This document shows, piece by piece, positions 31,542 through 46,800 of a DNA stretch of 64,000 bases (the stretch's first letter is position 1; every line of letters begins with the position of its first letter). Source of the stretch: Thecamonas trahens ATCC 50062. Lineage: Eukaryota > Protista > Apusomonadida. The position numbers were made by a program, and so were the translations under genes. Location of the stretch: positions 187,753 to 251,752 of the forward strand of contig NW_013657630.1 of assembly GCF_000142905.1 (NCBI RefSeq), written 5' to 3'. The notes below the pieces were generated by a model, which searched no databases, was not told the DNA's origin, and was given only the letters and a program-made list of their open reading frames with translations.

Positions 31542-33508
31542 ATGGCCTACCCCCGCCTCACCCGCTTACGGGTCATAGGTGCCATCCTTCTTGTCATATG
31601 GGCCCTCTCCACCGTCCTTGCCTTTGTCTCGGTCCAGCAGCCCATGCCAGGGCCACGGACCTCGTCGCACCCGCTGCCGTCGTCGACTGCCGGCGGGTCG
31701 AGGGGTGATGGGGAGGAAGGGGAGGGGATCAGCGACACAATACCGACAACAACGCCGACCAGTACACCGAGCAATTTACCGGAAAACCCACACATTTTAT
31801 CGCCCGCGCCGCAGCACATCCAGCGTCCCTCCTCGCCGCCTCCGCCTGTAGCGTCATCGCCGCCGTCACCGTCGTCGTCATCGTCGGCGTCACCGTCGGC
31901 GTCGCCATTGCCAACCTCGAGTCGACCAGATGACGGGCGAGTGCTGCGTGATGTGCACGTGGGCGGCAAAACGCTCAAGGCGCCGGCGGCAGTGGTGCTC
32001 GGCTACAATCGGCCGGCGTTTCTGGAGCGGACGTTGCGATCGCTGGTGAAAGTTGAGGGAGCGGAGCAGATGGACTTGTTCGTCTCGCTCGACGGGAAGG
32101 ACCCGGCGACGACGGCTGTGGCGAAGGGGAACGAGTTTGCGGCGGCAGGCATCGAGGTGGTTCACCATCCGCGGCTGGCGCTAGCGGCGGCTGGGACTGT
32201 CCATCTCGCAGCGCACTACAAGTGGATTCTGGACAAGCTCTTCTTCGAGCGCGGGTATGCGCACGTCATCCTGCTGGAGGACGACATGGAGTTTGCGCCG
32301 GATCTCTTTGCCTACTTTGCGGCGACGGCCGAGCTACTTGCCCGCGACGAGACCATCTGGTGCATCTCATCGTGGAACGACAACGGGTTCAAGGAGCTCG
32401 CCACCGACCCGAGAGTCCTCTTCCGGTCCTCACACTTTCCGGCCTCGGCTGGATGCTCTCGGCCGATCTGTGGCGCGAGCTCTCGCCCAAGTGGCCGGCC
32501 AATCATTGGGACCACTGGATGCGACTGTACTCGACCTCGCGCGGCCGCGAGTGCGTCTGCCCGCTTGTCGCGCGCAACTTCAACTTTGGCGACGTCGGCG
32601 CCAACATGGACCGTGCCTCGTACAACAAGTACCTCAAGAACATCGCCTTCCACGACGGCTCGCCCGTCGACCTCGGCCCTCTCGACTACCTCCTCCTCCC
32701 CAACTACGCCGCGCTCATCAACGCCTGGGTCGCCGCCGCCGCAGATCCGACCTCCGCCGCGCTGGCCACCGGCAATCTCGTCGTGCCGGCTTGGCTCCCG
32801 CCGCCGCTGGATCCCCGTAAGGTGGCAGACGCAAGGCGTGGGCGAGTGTACGGCCTCGTCGGCCCGGGCAGCAACCCGTACTCGGGCTCGACGTTTTCGC
32901 GGACAGTGCTTGACAAGCTCAAGTCGGATGCTGTAGCCGTGACCGGGGTGGAGGGCGGCAGTGGGCTAGCGCTGACATCGTTTGATCCGCGGGCGGCAGC
33001 CAGCGACAAGCTCCCGCTCGTGCACGTCATTGTTTCGACCCGCGAGGCCTTCCCGTCCCTCTCGGCTGTGTTTGGTATCTGGCACGAGGCGCGGGCGCAG
33101 CATCGGCGGGCGTGGCTCCTCTTTGCGCACGGCTACCTGTTCATCATTGTGGATGCGCGGCGATCGCCGTACGTGCCCGAGGCACACGCGCTCCATCCGC
33201 CTCCGGGCATGGTGGTTGTCGCCGGCGGCCGCGGCGAGTCGTGCACCACAGTGTGCGCGACAGCGGCGGCGGCGATGGAGGCCAACGCCACCCGCTGCGA
33301 TGGCCTCGCCTTTGACTTTATCAACCAGATCCCCGCGCTCGACGCAGCCTTCCCGTGCGCCGACTTTGGCATGGAGATCGGTGACGAGATCCCGTGCATG
33401 GTGTCGGACCGTGCCCACGAGAGCTACGGCCGGTGTCTCATCACGCCCAAGCTCCCGCTCTGTACAGCCTTTCATCCATCGACCTCACGGCTCTGTCCGT
33501 GCATCTAG
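31542..33508 (+). CDS. MGAT1: Alpha-1,3-mannosyl-glycoprotein GlcNAc-transferase I (GT13) with Cys-rich C-terminal domain; apparent -1 frameshift near 32440
   Basis: type II TM, YNRP, AAHYKW.L, ILLEDDMEFAPD, WCISSWNDNG, FP[G]LGWML, WDHWMR. Confidence 0.85.
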
Positions 33509-33509
33509 T

Positions 33510-35264
33510 TCACTCGACCAGATGGGCGACGACGCCGTCCGGCCGGACTCGTGCGGAGCGGCCGCGCCACGCCAGCACCTTGTCGCCCAGCTCACCCGCG
33601 CGATGAGTTGGTTGCTGCGGGAAGCGGCGGCCGGGCGCAAGTTCATCCGGATGCCACGGCGGGAGCTTGCTGTGGTCGCCGCTCGCCGACGGATAGGTAA
33701 AGCCGAGGTCGAGGTGCGGAAAGAGGAGCGGGATGGAGCTGCCCGACTCGACGAGGTTCCTGACGGCGGCGGCGCGCGAGGGCGAGATGGAGCTAAGCGC
33801 AGCGTACTTGGCGGCACGGACGCTCGAGTCGAAGATGACATTCTTGAGCAGGCCTGGGAGCGGGAGGGCAGTCGCGGCCGACTGAGCCATGCTCGCCGCG
33901 CCAGGGCTGAGTCCGACGGCGCTCGTCACCGCCAGCACTCGCTCGTAGTTGGCCATCGACTGGTTGGCGGCAGCCTGGGCGGCACTCCGGCGCTCGGCGG
34001 TGTAGCTTGCCAGCGACGGCGCCAACTGAGTGCAGTCAGCTTCTGCCGATGCCCAGCGTGCGAGGCGCCAAGCGAGGTTGCTGGCATCGGCGATGCCAGT
34101 GTTGAGGCCAAAGCCACCGGCAGGTGGAAACTGATGGGCGGCGTCGCCGGCAAGGGCGAGGCCGGGCATCGGGGCGTAGTTGCCGGCGACGCCGACCCGC
34201 ATGCTCCACGGGGCAGCCGAACGCACATCGATGTGGGCGCGGGTGAGGCGGCCGGAGGCGCGGGCGGCCGGAAAGGCAGCAAGGACAGCATCGGTGACGG
34301 CGCGAGTGGTGGAGAGTGCGGAAAGGTCCTGCCACTCGGGAAAGAACGGGATCTGGGCGACCCACTCGCCGCGGGCGAGCGAGTGGGCGACGAGGACGCC
34401 GACAAACTCGGGATTGTACACAAAGTACAGCATGGCTGGGTGTGCCAGCTCAACAGCGTGCGGCGGGATGAAGAAGTGCACGTTGATCAGCGACTGGAGT
34501 GCCTTGCCGGCTGGAAACCGCGGATCCGGTGAGACAAGGACCGAGCCAGCCTCGTCGGCGAGCGTCGAGTGGGCGCCGTCTGCAGCGACAACGACGACGT
34601 CATCGCCGAGCGCCGACGCACCAACGCTCTGTACAGCATCATCAATAGAGGCGACTTCTGACCCTAGCCGGAGATCGACGAACTTTGCCACGTCGGGCGA
34701 GCGCAGCCGCTCCAGCAGCATCGGCATCAGCGCCGACGACGGAAAATGGACTGGATGGGCGATTTGGAGCGATCCCGACGAGAGAAACGAGGCATCGGGG
34801 CCGACCAGAGTGTCATGAATACCATGGTGAGAGTGATCGCAAGAGTCAAGAGTTGGCGCGGTGGCCTCGAGGTGGTCGGTGGGCGGAGCGATGGGCGAGA
34901 GCGGGTAGACGGACGAAGCGATGTGATCGTAGCGAGCGATGGGATCGAGATCATCAACACCACGAGCATACACAAAGTCCTTCCAACACGCAACCGGCTC
35001 AATGGCACGATATACGGCATCAGCTATGCCGAGCGAAGAGAATATTTCCAAAGTGCGCGAAGATAGAAAATGAGCCTGCGGATGAGCCGAGAGCTCTGCC
35101 TCACTCCGTCGCTCCGTCACAGTCACTCGCACGCCATACGAGCCGAGGAGGTTGGCCAGGACCAGTCCCACAGGTCCTCCCCCCACAATATGCACTCTCC
35201 GTCCGAGCATCACCCCAAACCCCACGCTCGACCTTCTTCTCTCCGCTTTGAGTCGCGTAGCCAT
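33510..35264 (-). CDS. FAD-dependent aromatic monooxygenase (2,4-dichlorophenol 6-monooxygenase-like)
   Basis: IVGGGPVG, HPQAHFL..RTLEIF, AADGAHS, LAGDAAHQFPPAGGFGLNTGIADASNLAWRL. Confidence 0.88.
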   Translation of the reverse strand: MATRLKAERRRSSVGFGVMLGRRVHIVGGGPVGLVLANLLGSYGVRVTVTERRSEAELSAHPQAHFLSSRTLEIFSSLGIADAVYRAIEPVACWKDFVYARGVDDLDPIARYDHIASSVYPLSPIAPPTDHLEATAPTLDSCDHSHHGIHDTLVGPDASFLSSGSLQIAHPVHFPSSALMPMLLERLRSPDVAKFVDLRLGSEVASIDDAVQSVGASALGDDVVVVAADGAHSTLADEAGSVLVSPDPRFPAGKALQSLINVHFFIPPHAVELAHPAMLYFVYNPEFVGVLVAHSLARGEWVAQIPFFPEWQDLSALSTTRAVTDAVLAAFPAARASGRLTRAHIDVRSAAPWSMRVGVAGNYAPMPGLALAGDAAHQFPPAGGFGLNTGIADASNLAWRLARWASAEADCTQLAPSLASYTAERRSAAQAAANQSMANYERVLAVTSAVGLSPGAASMAQSAATALPLPGLLKNVIFDSSVRAAKYAALSSISPSRAAAVRNLVESGSSIPLLFPHLDLGFTYPSASGDHSKLPPWHPDELAPGRRFPQQPTHRAGELGDKVLAWRGRSARVRPDGVVAHLVE

Positions 35265-36019
35265 CCGTCCTACGCAGACGCCGGCCGCCTTTGGCTGACG
35301 CGTTGGTCCCGCCGGACGAGGCCGATCGACTACGGGATGTGGATGATGCCAGCCCAGCGGATTGGATGCTGAGCTTGGTAAAGTGGGTGGGGAAGGGGAG
35401 GGACGGGGGGGGGGGAGGTCATCATTCATGCTCGGGGGTCGTTGGATGGGGTGTGGATGGGGGGAGGGGGTGATCAGCTTGTGTAGCCTTGCGCGGGGCG
35501 GTGTAGGGCTATCGGCCGGGCACGTCTCCGGCAGATGTAGGCGATGGAAGGTCAGGTGCGATGTTGGTGGCTTCAGCTGTGGATATGTATCCCGTTTGGG
35601 GACAGGGATAGCGCTGCAGATGGATGCGGTGCTTCGAGATGAAGAGCCGTTCACGTAGGTGCACATCGATTATTGATGTAGACCAGAGTGTCCACGACAC
35701 GGATCGGAGTCCACGCTGTGCTGCTGCTAGACGGAAAATGCGATTGCGATGACACAGCGATCTGTGATCAAATGCACTAGGTGGGTTACAGCCGCGCCCC
35801 AGACCTATCCACAAATAGTTCTCCTCCCCCTCTTCAAGCTACAGCATCCAACACTGTTTCCCGACACTTCTTTCCACGACCAACGTTGTCATTCCCCTAT
35901 ATCCACCATCAGCGACGTGGACCATCAGCTATGCCCGCCCGTATCCAAAAGCGACAAAAAAACCGTAGGCGCAAAGGTGCGGAACGATTTTCGTGACGCT
36001 TCCTTCTTTGACGAGCGAA

Positions 36020-37819
<1,800 letters not shown>

Positions 37820-37828
37820 GGCATCGCA

Positions 37829-40800
37829 CTACGAGATGACACAGCAGCAGCCGCGTGAGCGCGAGTTCTGCGGCGGCGGGTGGGCCGCGTTTCGCGCCGC
37901 CGCCACCGCGACAGTCGTTGCGTCAGCCGGGTGGACAGCCGCCGCCGACGAGTGGCGGGTGAGCTGCGACGAGTCGGTCGTCGAGACAACCGGTTCGGTG
38001 TTCCACGGCGTCGACCGCGAGTCTGCACCTTGGATGCTGACGAGGTGAAGTGGACGCCTGACTCTGTGGTGGGCAGCGCGTGGTTGGAGAGCGTCATGGA
38101 TATATCCATGACGATGGACGACTCGGGCGCCCGCGACATCGACTCATCCGACGACATACCGAGCGACTTGGGCGACGATTCACGTGGCACCCGAATGACT
38201 GCTGGCGGGCGAGTGTCGGCAGGGAGGAGCGAGCCCGAGACAGAGACCCTGCGGCCCATGCGGTTCTCTACTAGGACGGCGGCAGCCTCGGTCGAGAGCT
38301 CGCCCGAGCCTCCGGCCCGCGACGGCGACGACCACGGGTTGGTCGGCACCACGCCGGCGAGCACCAGCGCCGCCATAAACTTGGACTGATCGCGGCGGCC
38401 AATGCTGCGGCGCTGTGACGACTTGGTCCCGTCGACGGCGTTGAGGAGAAGACCGGCATTGAACCAGCACTGCAGCCGGCGGACGTGCTCGCGCAGCTTG
38501 GCAACGTGCGTCGGCGGCGCCATTCGCCCGGCAAATAAATGAAGGCTGTTGGAGGTATCGTGGATGAGCAGGCACTGAGCCGAGGTCTCGACGTCAAGCG
38601 AGAAGAGAGAGGCATGCTTGGCAACGTCCAGCTCGCGTGCGACAGGAAGCGAAGCCGACGCACCCGGGCACAGCTCCTGGATGGCATACACCCGGGTCCG
38701 CCGCTCGCTGACTATCTGTGCCGTCCGCGGCGCAGAGTATCCGGTTAGCTCGTCCGGTCCGGCCGCCGCCGACGAGTCGGAGCGCTCCGACGAGGAGCCC
38801 ACCGTCCCAGACTTGAACGAGCGGGTCGCCGACATGGCAATTGGTAGCCGCAGGTCGGCCTGGGTGTCGTTTGGCGAGTCCGAAGTCATGTCGGTCAGTT
38901 GCGCCACAGCGTAGTCGCCGGTGGACGAGGTCGTCACTGTCGAGTGCTCGCGCCGAAGCCGTGCCGAGTTGGGCGAGCTCTCGCTCATCGACGCCGCCAG
39001 GATCGACCGGGCGTGCGCCACATCGAGCGAATGACCAAACGCCGCCAGCCGCGCCTCGTGCCAGGCCCGGGCCTGGCTCTGAAAGTGCGGCGAGACGGCC
39101 GACGCCGCCCCGGACCCACCGATCAGCGCCCCTCGCTTGAGCATGACCAGGGCCAGGGCGTCGTGATACGAGATGTTGAGCAAGGTAGCGACCCACCAGA
39201 CGGCGAGCGCAAGCGCCTGCGTCTCCCCAGACGAGGCATAGACGGCAACCTTGCCGCCGTGCGAGGCGACCGACGCCACAAACTCCATAAAGTCAATCGC
39301 CACCAGAGCGAGGTCTGTCGACACCTCGTCGACGAGCGGGAGCTGCAAGAGCGTCGGCGTGTCGACACCGTCGCGTGGCGTGTTGAGCAGGTCCGGGCCG
39401 GGCTGGGTCGACGCGGCACGCGAGGCGCGGACAACGCCACGCACCCCGTGGGCATCGCGCCATTCGGCCGAGAGCGCCTGCTCCGTCGACGTCACATGCA
39501 GGTGGGCGAGGATGCTGGTCGGCTCCGAACCCATGACGAGGTCGAGCATCGAGGCAACAGCCGCTTTCGGCCGGTCTGAGCGGAACCGCTGGACGAGGAG
39601 GAACTGGACCGCGAGGCGGAGCTCCGACGTTGGCGGCGGCATGCGGAGAGGGACCGGGAGGACCGTCTGATGACTGGCCTCAAGATGGTCGGAGGTCAGC
39701 GCCCGCCGCACAACCGCTTTGGTCTTCACCGTCGCGTTCGGGGCCGGGACGGCGAGCGAGACGTTGGCCAGCCGTCCGGGGTTCCACGCCAGCGGCGCCG
39801 AAAACGGCGCATGGACCGAGGATAGCGACGAGGTGGCGATCGAGGCCTTGCGCGGCTTGCTCAGCATATGAACGTCGATGACATGGGCCTCCGGCAGCGC
39901 CGCGAGTGCCTTAGCATCCGTCGACGAGTACATGCCAGGGCTTGGCGTTGGCGAGGTGCGACCCGAGCCCGACTCACTCGACGCACAGGAGCTCCCCGAG
40001 TTGGTTACGGCCCCGTCTGCTCGGCGCGACGGCGAGAGCAGCCACGCGGCGGTGCTGACCACTGGGTTGGCGGCGAGGTTATCGGTCGAAGCGGCCGAGG
40101 TTCCGGCCGAGACGGCAAACGAGTGCGACGACGAGTTGGACTCGTGGAGGTCGCTGCTCGTGTTAGCGCCCGCCGAGGCGACCGAGCCACCCGAGGCGAG
40201 GGTGAGAAGGTGCGACTCGCGGGTCGACGGCTCGTCAAACTTGGCCCATGGAGTCTGCGGCTTGACGCCCGAGTCGACAAGGAGGTTGGCAAAGATGTGT
40301 GGGGCATTGGCTGGTACCTTGACGCGGTCCCCGGCGCCCTCGTAGAGCTGCAGACGGAGGACGGCCTTGCGGATGGCGGCGCGGTAGTCGGACGGCGTCT
40401 CGTGGCCGCAGTAGGTGTAGAGCTTGTTGTCGGCTCCGTGGAGGATAAATGCCGACGAGGCATTGACGGCAAAAAGGCGCGGGTCGGTGTGCGGGACGAT
40501 GCGGGCGACGAGGAACGGCGAGGCACCGGGCTTGGTCGACTGTGGCTCGATGGCGTAGACAAGGACCTGTGTGTTGCGCGGGCCGGCATCGGCGAGCGCC
40601 TTCTTTGGCCGGTGGCATCGTTCGTACCAGTCCTGCAGAACAAAGGTGAAGCCGACGTTGGGCCTTGCGATGGGCCGCTTGGTCTGGACCCATGCAAGAG
40701 CTTTGGCATAGTCCCAGTCGTTGAGGAGCATAACCCAGGCGACAGAGAGGGCGACTGAGCGCGAGATGCCCAGCCGGCAGTGGATAAAGACTGCGCCGCC

Positions 40801-42083
40801 GGCCCGCCGCACCGAGTCAATGATCTCCATGATTTCGTAGAGGACAGCGAGAATGTCGGCGTGAAGGATGTCTGCGAGGACTACGTTCGTGTAGGTAAAC
40901 GTCTCTGGGAAAACGACGGGACAACCATGAGCCGCGACACGGCTTCAAGCTTGGCTTTGGTCTCTTGCGAGGCAAAGTTCGGCGCCGAGACGGCCATTGG
41001 CGTAGTGACCGGTGACACGTCGGGCACGTCGCCAGGTGGCGGCGCGGTTTCGGGCGGCGGAGCGTACGCGCAATTGATGACGTGCGTGATGCCGGCGTGG
41101 ACCAAGGCCTGCTTGTTTGACGCCGATGAGAGGCCACCAATGTAGAGATACGGGAAGAGCTGGGTCAGGTTCGACGCCGCCGTCTCAATTGACTTGCGCG
41201 CTTGCGCTGTGGCGGTCATCGACGACCGCGTTTTGCCCACTGCCGAGAGGTCTAGTCCCAGCGCGGGCGGAAGCTTGGTCATTCGCGGAGGTTTGCGGGC
41301 CGAGACCGGGAGCTCCATCAGCGATTTGGAGGTGTAGTGGCCCAGCCGCGGGGTCTGCCGTCGATTTGTACCTGGCGAGCGTGAGCGTGAGCGCGAGTCC
41401 GAGGTCGGCGGTGGCGACGACGATGACGACGAGGTCCGCGACCGGAGCCCGCTGCCAGTCCGCGACGTCCGCAACTGCGAGGCGCCCGAATACCCGAGCG
41501 AGCTCTCCGAGTCGGACGCCGAGCCCGAGTAGGTGCGTGAAGAACGCGACGGCTGCGCCGATGACAGCATCGACGTCGACGAGTCGGGGGTATCGCTCGA
41601 GCGCCGAGTCGACGCGCGTGACGAAACCGACCCTCCAGAGCTTGACCCGACTCGAGCCCGAGGCGTCTTTGGGCTTGGCAACGAGAGGGTACCCAGCGGA
41701 ATGTCTGAAGCTGTGGCACGGACCGACGGTTGCGATGGGACTGACTGCTTCGCAGACTGGAGTGACGAGAGCGGCGACGAGGTTGAGAGCGGAGTCGAGC
41801 TGGACGACGAGTCCAAACCCGAGCCCGACTCTTCCTCTTCTTGCTCTTCGGGCGTGCCCACAACCGCGACTGCCAGCGGTGCTTCGTGGGCGAGTGCCCA
41901 GTCATTGGCAGCTGCTGTCTGAGCGCGCGTCGGCAGCAGTAAGCTCTGCCCGCGGGCAAGTTCAACCACAAGTGGAGGATCAACTGCGAGCAGCGGTCTG
42001 TCGTAATGCAGCGGAGCTGTAGCCTGCGGCCATGCCTCTCGCCGCAATGAGCATGACGCCAGGTGGCGAGAGGACGGGATCAT
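37829..42083 (-). CDS. MAP-kinase-phosphatase-like dual-specificity phosphatase with gelsolin-like region, duplicated degenerate copy and probable CaaX end; -1 shifts near 40911 and 38030
   Basis: QLFPYLYIGG..GITHVINCA, VFIHCRLGISRS..A, KRPIARPNVGF; second degenerate module VAVYASSGETQA; alternative C-terminal frame ends GCCCVIS*. Confidence 0.8.
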
Positions 42084-42288
42084 CTTGCGCGTGTTTGGGC
42101 GAGTAGCAGGCGACGCGAGGCTTGATCACAGCGAAGGAGAGTAGAGCGAGCGAGAACGTGAGTGTAGGATGTGCAGCTCGGCGAGGCTTGGCAGCTCGAG
42201 TCTGAGTCAGTTGCCAACACAAGGGGGGGGGGGGGGAGCACTTGTGCCAAACAAGACCACCAACGTCAGATCTTTCAAAGGTGAAGAG

Positions 42289-42346
42289 TACCACCGAATA
42301 CCGCCGAATACCACCGAATACCGCCGAATACCACCGAATACCACCT
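42289..42346. repeat. 10-bp tandem repeat CC(A/G)CCGAATA, about 5 copies
   Basis: directly visible. Confidence 0.85.
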
Positions 42347-42541
42347 AATGCAGCCAACAAAGGTACAACTCCACGTAGCAGCCAGGGATCTCCTGTGCCT
42401 GCCTTCGTGCGTGTCCGTGACCGTGTCCGTGTCCGTGTGGGTACACCTCGCGGGCGTTGATGTTCGTTATCTATCACGCCTTGACAACCTTCTTCAAGTC
42501 GTCGATCTCCAGATGCGGGTCCGTCCGTCCGTCCGTCCGTC

Positions 42542-42970
<429 letters not shown>

Positions 42971-43804
42971 GTAATGTGCGGGTGTGACGAGCTGCCGTGT
43001 CAGGACCAAGCGACAGACGTTTGCAGCAAGGGCGGGTGGGGGCGGTGGTGGGGAGAGGGGGAAGGTGGAAGGGGGTGGGGATGTACACCTCCTTTTTGTA
43101 TGATACAGGAAGGAGGGACCCCCTAGGAGAGGTTGGTGGAAGGGGTGGAGGGAGTGGGGAGGTGGTGGGCTGGTGTGGTGGTGGGAGGTGGGGAGGTGGG
43201 TGGAAGACGTCGTCTGTCGGTGGGTGAAAGTTGCCCCGCAGACTATCGTTTGGTAATGGGTGTTTTCGCGCCGACAATGGTTGGCAAATTTTGGGGTCAT
43301 TTTTTTGGGTGGGGATACCGGACAGGCTCTCATATTTTTCCTCGTATGCTGAATGGTCATTGTGAAGCCACTCTCCTTATCTGCCAATGTGTAGGCGGCT
43401 GTGGGAGTTGAGATGCATTCCAGAGTACAGCAATGTTTGCGCTATTGCCAGTTCGTGGCAATGGTAGGGAGACTGCGAGCACATGCCTTGGCTGTGAGAG
43501 AGGGCAGCGAGGTGTGGCCTGTTTGTGGCGGATGTGTGAGATGTGACAGGTGGGATGTGAGCATGTAGGGGGGGGGACTGGGGAACCAAAATATATTAAC
43601 TTCCACCGTGACTCTCCCGCAACTTCACCAAAGTTGCGGCCCAGCCGTCGTCGGTCGTCCAGTCCAGCGACCGTGGGCGATCGGGTGAGCGGAAGCAGGG
43701 CGGGGCGAGGAGGGCGTCAGGGCAGGGAGGTACGGAGAAGGAGCATTGTTGAGGAGCACACGTCGCCGTTTGAGTGAGAGTAGAGCGAGTAAGAGGGTTT
43801 GAGT

Positions 43805-46800
43805 ATGCTGGGGTGGATAGCTGTGTATGACGCAGTGTTCATTGTCTCTGCCGTCTTGGGCACCTCCTCGGAGAGCACCTTTGCATCTCATACATGTTTG
43901 GCTTTGGTGGTCTCTTGGACACTCTCTTGGCTCATTGGTCTGTGTGATGGTAATGGCAATGATCATGTGGCCGATTATCAACTCAATCATCTTCATCGCT
44001 ATCATCATCATCATCATCATCATCATCGTTACCAAACGACTTCTTCTGCTGCTTCTTCGTCTTCTTCTCTTCATGCTCATTCTTCTTTGGTCTCGCCTCT
44101 CTCTCGCACTGCCGCAACAACGACAGCAGCAGCAGCAGCTGTACCTTTGGCATCATCGTCATCATCGGCCACAAAGACAAGTCTATCCCCGGCGTGGCAA
44201 GTGACTCGCATGCTTGTGAGCACCGTCGAGGGGTTGGGCTGCTCGGGCAAAGGACGCCACGCCGATCGACGAGCAACAGCCATGTCAATGGTCGCTTCCT
44301 CGGTAACTCGGGGCGGCTGAGCGAGCACAATCTCGACAACGAGGATGATGGCGAAGCGAGCGGCGGCGGGAGCGGCGGATGGCGGAGCGATTCGCCGCTG
44401 GCACAGCTTGCAGTCAACGTCATTATTCTGGCGACAGTACCGGGCGCGTGGGCGTGCGGGCAGCTGCCGGGGCACATCCGTGGGCCGCTGATGCCGTTTC
44501 TCGCGGTCGGCTTTGTGATGGCGCTCTCGCTCCGAGTGCCACGGGCGTATTTGTTGACGTACAAGTGCGTGACGGGAGCGGGCGGGCTTGTGGTGACTGG
44601 GCTTGCTGGCTCGCCGCCACTTCTTGCGGCCGCGGCGCTTGTTGCGTCTGGACTGTTGCACGCGGCGGCAGTGCCGACGTTCCCACTCCATCCCGTGACG
44701 CCGGCGACGACTGCCGCGCTGATGATGCTTCTGGGTGTGTTTTTGGGCGCGACAGCGGCGCTGGGACAGATCGGCATGGCGATTGGAGTGTTGGCCGGAG
44801 CCGGAGCCGGGCTTGCCACGTTTATCTACCTGGTGCAGCTCTCGTGGTACATGCAGGCGGTGCGGAAGTTGAGGAGTCTCGTCCTGCGTGTGCCGCGACT
44901 GCCTGCCGCACATCCCGAGCTGAATGCCGTTTTCAGTGGGCTGGACAACGCGTACCAGGCGCTGTGCGTGGCGGCTGTGGCGGTGGACGATAGTTTGCCA
45001 CGGACTGCGGCGCTATCGATCGCACGGGCGCCGCTGGCGGTCTGGCCAGACGATGTGGCGCTTCAGATACTCGCGTTGGGTATCGAGTGCTCGCGCTCGC
45101 CACCGCCACTGACGCAGGCGACTAAGAGCGCACTGGGGCGACTGCGGTCTGCAGCAGCCTTATCGTCTGACGCGCAGCTGGCCATGCTGGCAGAAAAGGT
45201 GCTACCGACGTTCAAGGCGGACCACTTGCTGCGTATGGCGACCCGAGCGGTGATGTCTGAGCCCGAAGATGTGCTCGCGGCGGCTGAGTCGACGTTTTGG
45301 CTGGCGATTTTTGACGAGCGGCCAGCAACCGAGGTAGTCTCGGCGGCGCTTGAGTTTGCGGCGGCGCGTGAACTGAGCCATGTTGCGCGGCCGCGGACGG
45401 ACCTTGTGCGGCACACGTCACCGCGGCCAAAATCGTCTCCTTCGCTGCTCTCGCCGCAGCAGCAGCCGTCGGTGATGTCCCTGGAGACCACGTCTGCACA
45501 CATGGTAAGTGGACAGACACCGGCAGAGCGGCCACGGGCGGCGCTAACAGTTGCTTTGGCGTGGTGGGCGCTGGCGGTGTTTGGCCTTGTTCTGGCGACG
45601 GCATTGGTGTTTGGCCACGGCCTGTTTGCGCGGTCTGCGCGGGTGGCGGTCGAGGTGAGCGACGCGACGCACATGCACGAGTGGGCAGCGCTCCACACGA
45701 CGTTGCACGCACTAAGCCATGCTAAAAGGCCTGCATGGTTGAGCGAAGACGGACAAGAGCTTGTGGCGAGCATCGCAGATCAAGTCCGTGCAGTCGCAGC
45801 GGCGCTCGACCGCAAGCACGATGCCGAGTGGGAGGCCTTGCGGATGACGGAGCACATTTCGTTGGGGCGGTTGGCGGCTGCGGTGGGCAAGGCAAGCAGC
45901 GGGAATGTAAGCGTGATGGCGGACGCGCTCCGTGTGTCAGGCGTGGGTGATCTGCTGGCGTCGATTCAGGATGCACGTGTTCTCGAGGCCGACGAGCCGG
46001 AACTCGGACCTGTGGTTGGTGTCGGCTCTGTGGTTGCACTGAGCGCGGTGCTCTCGCTGCTGGCGCTTGTCATTTCGACGGTGCCTGACGTGATTGTGGT
46101 GCCTGCGTTGAGCCAAGGCGCGGCGCTGATGCGCAAGTACATGACGCAGCTGCGGGAGCTGGCACCGAGCGAAGTTGCGCGGCGGATCAGACGGAGCCGG
46201 GCCAAGTGCTCGGCCTCGCATGCGTGGGATGTGCCGGGCAAGCTGCCGATGGCGCTAGACGCTGCTGCACTGGATGATGACGAAGCGGCGCTGCGGACCA
46301 AGGCGCTCGGGGTTGTGGTCATGCTCTGCTGCTCGGCGGCAGTGTTTGGCATGCTCATGGTGTGGACGTGGTCGGTGCATGGCATGGCTGCGCGTCGGTG
46401 CGAGGCATACGCATCGACACTGCACACGGTGTCGTCGACGTACGCGATGGCGTTGACGGCAGGGGCAACGAGCAGAGTGCGGCGCGGGGTGTACAAGGCG
46501 TATGAGCTTGCGCTGGAGCCTGCAACGGCAAACCTGTCGTCACGGTGGGAGATGCTCGCGGCGGTGCCTTACGGGATCATAGCACAGCACGAGCAGGTGA
46601 CGGTGCTGGAGACGCTGCGGCCTGTGGCGGTGTATGTGGCGGCACTCGAGGCGCTAGGGCGCGCGTCTTCTGTGGCACCGGACGAGGGGACGCTGTCGAG
46701 TCTGGCGGATGCGGCGCGCACAGCGGTGCTCGAAGGACTGAAGGCGGAGCTGGCGATAGAGGCTCGTGTGCGGTGGGGAGCGCTCACGCTGCCGGCGATA

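Noticed and set aside
33510-35264. Recent bacterial HGT of the monooxygenase
   Set aside because: The family is widespread in eukaryotes and composition is close to neighbouring genes; it cannot be supported without a phylogeny
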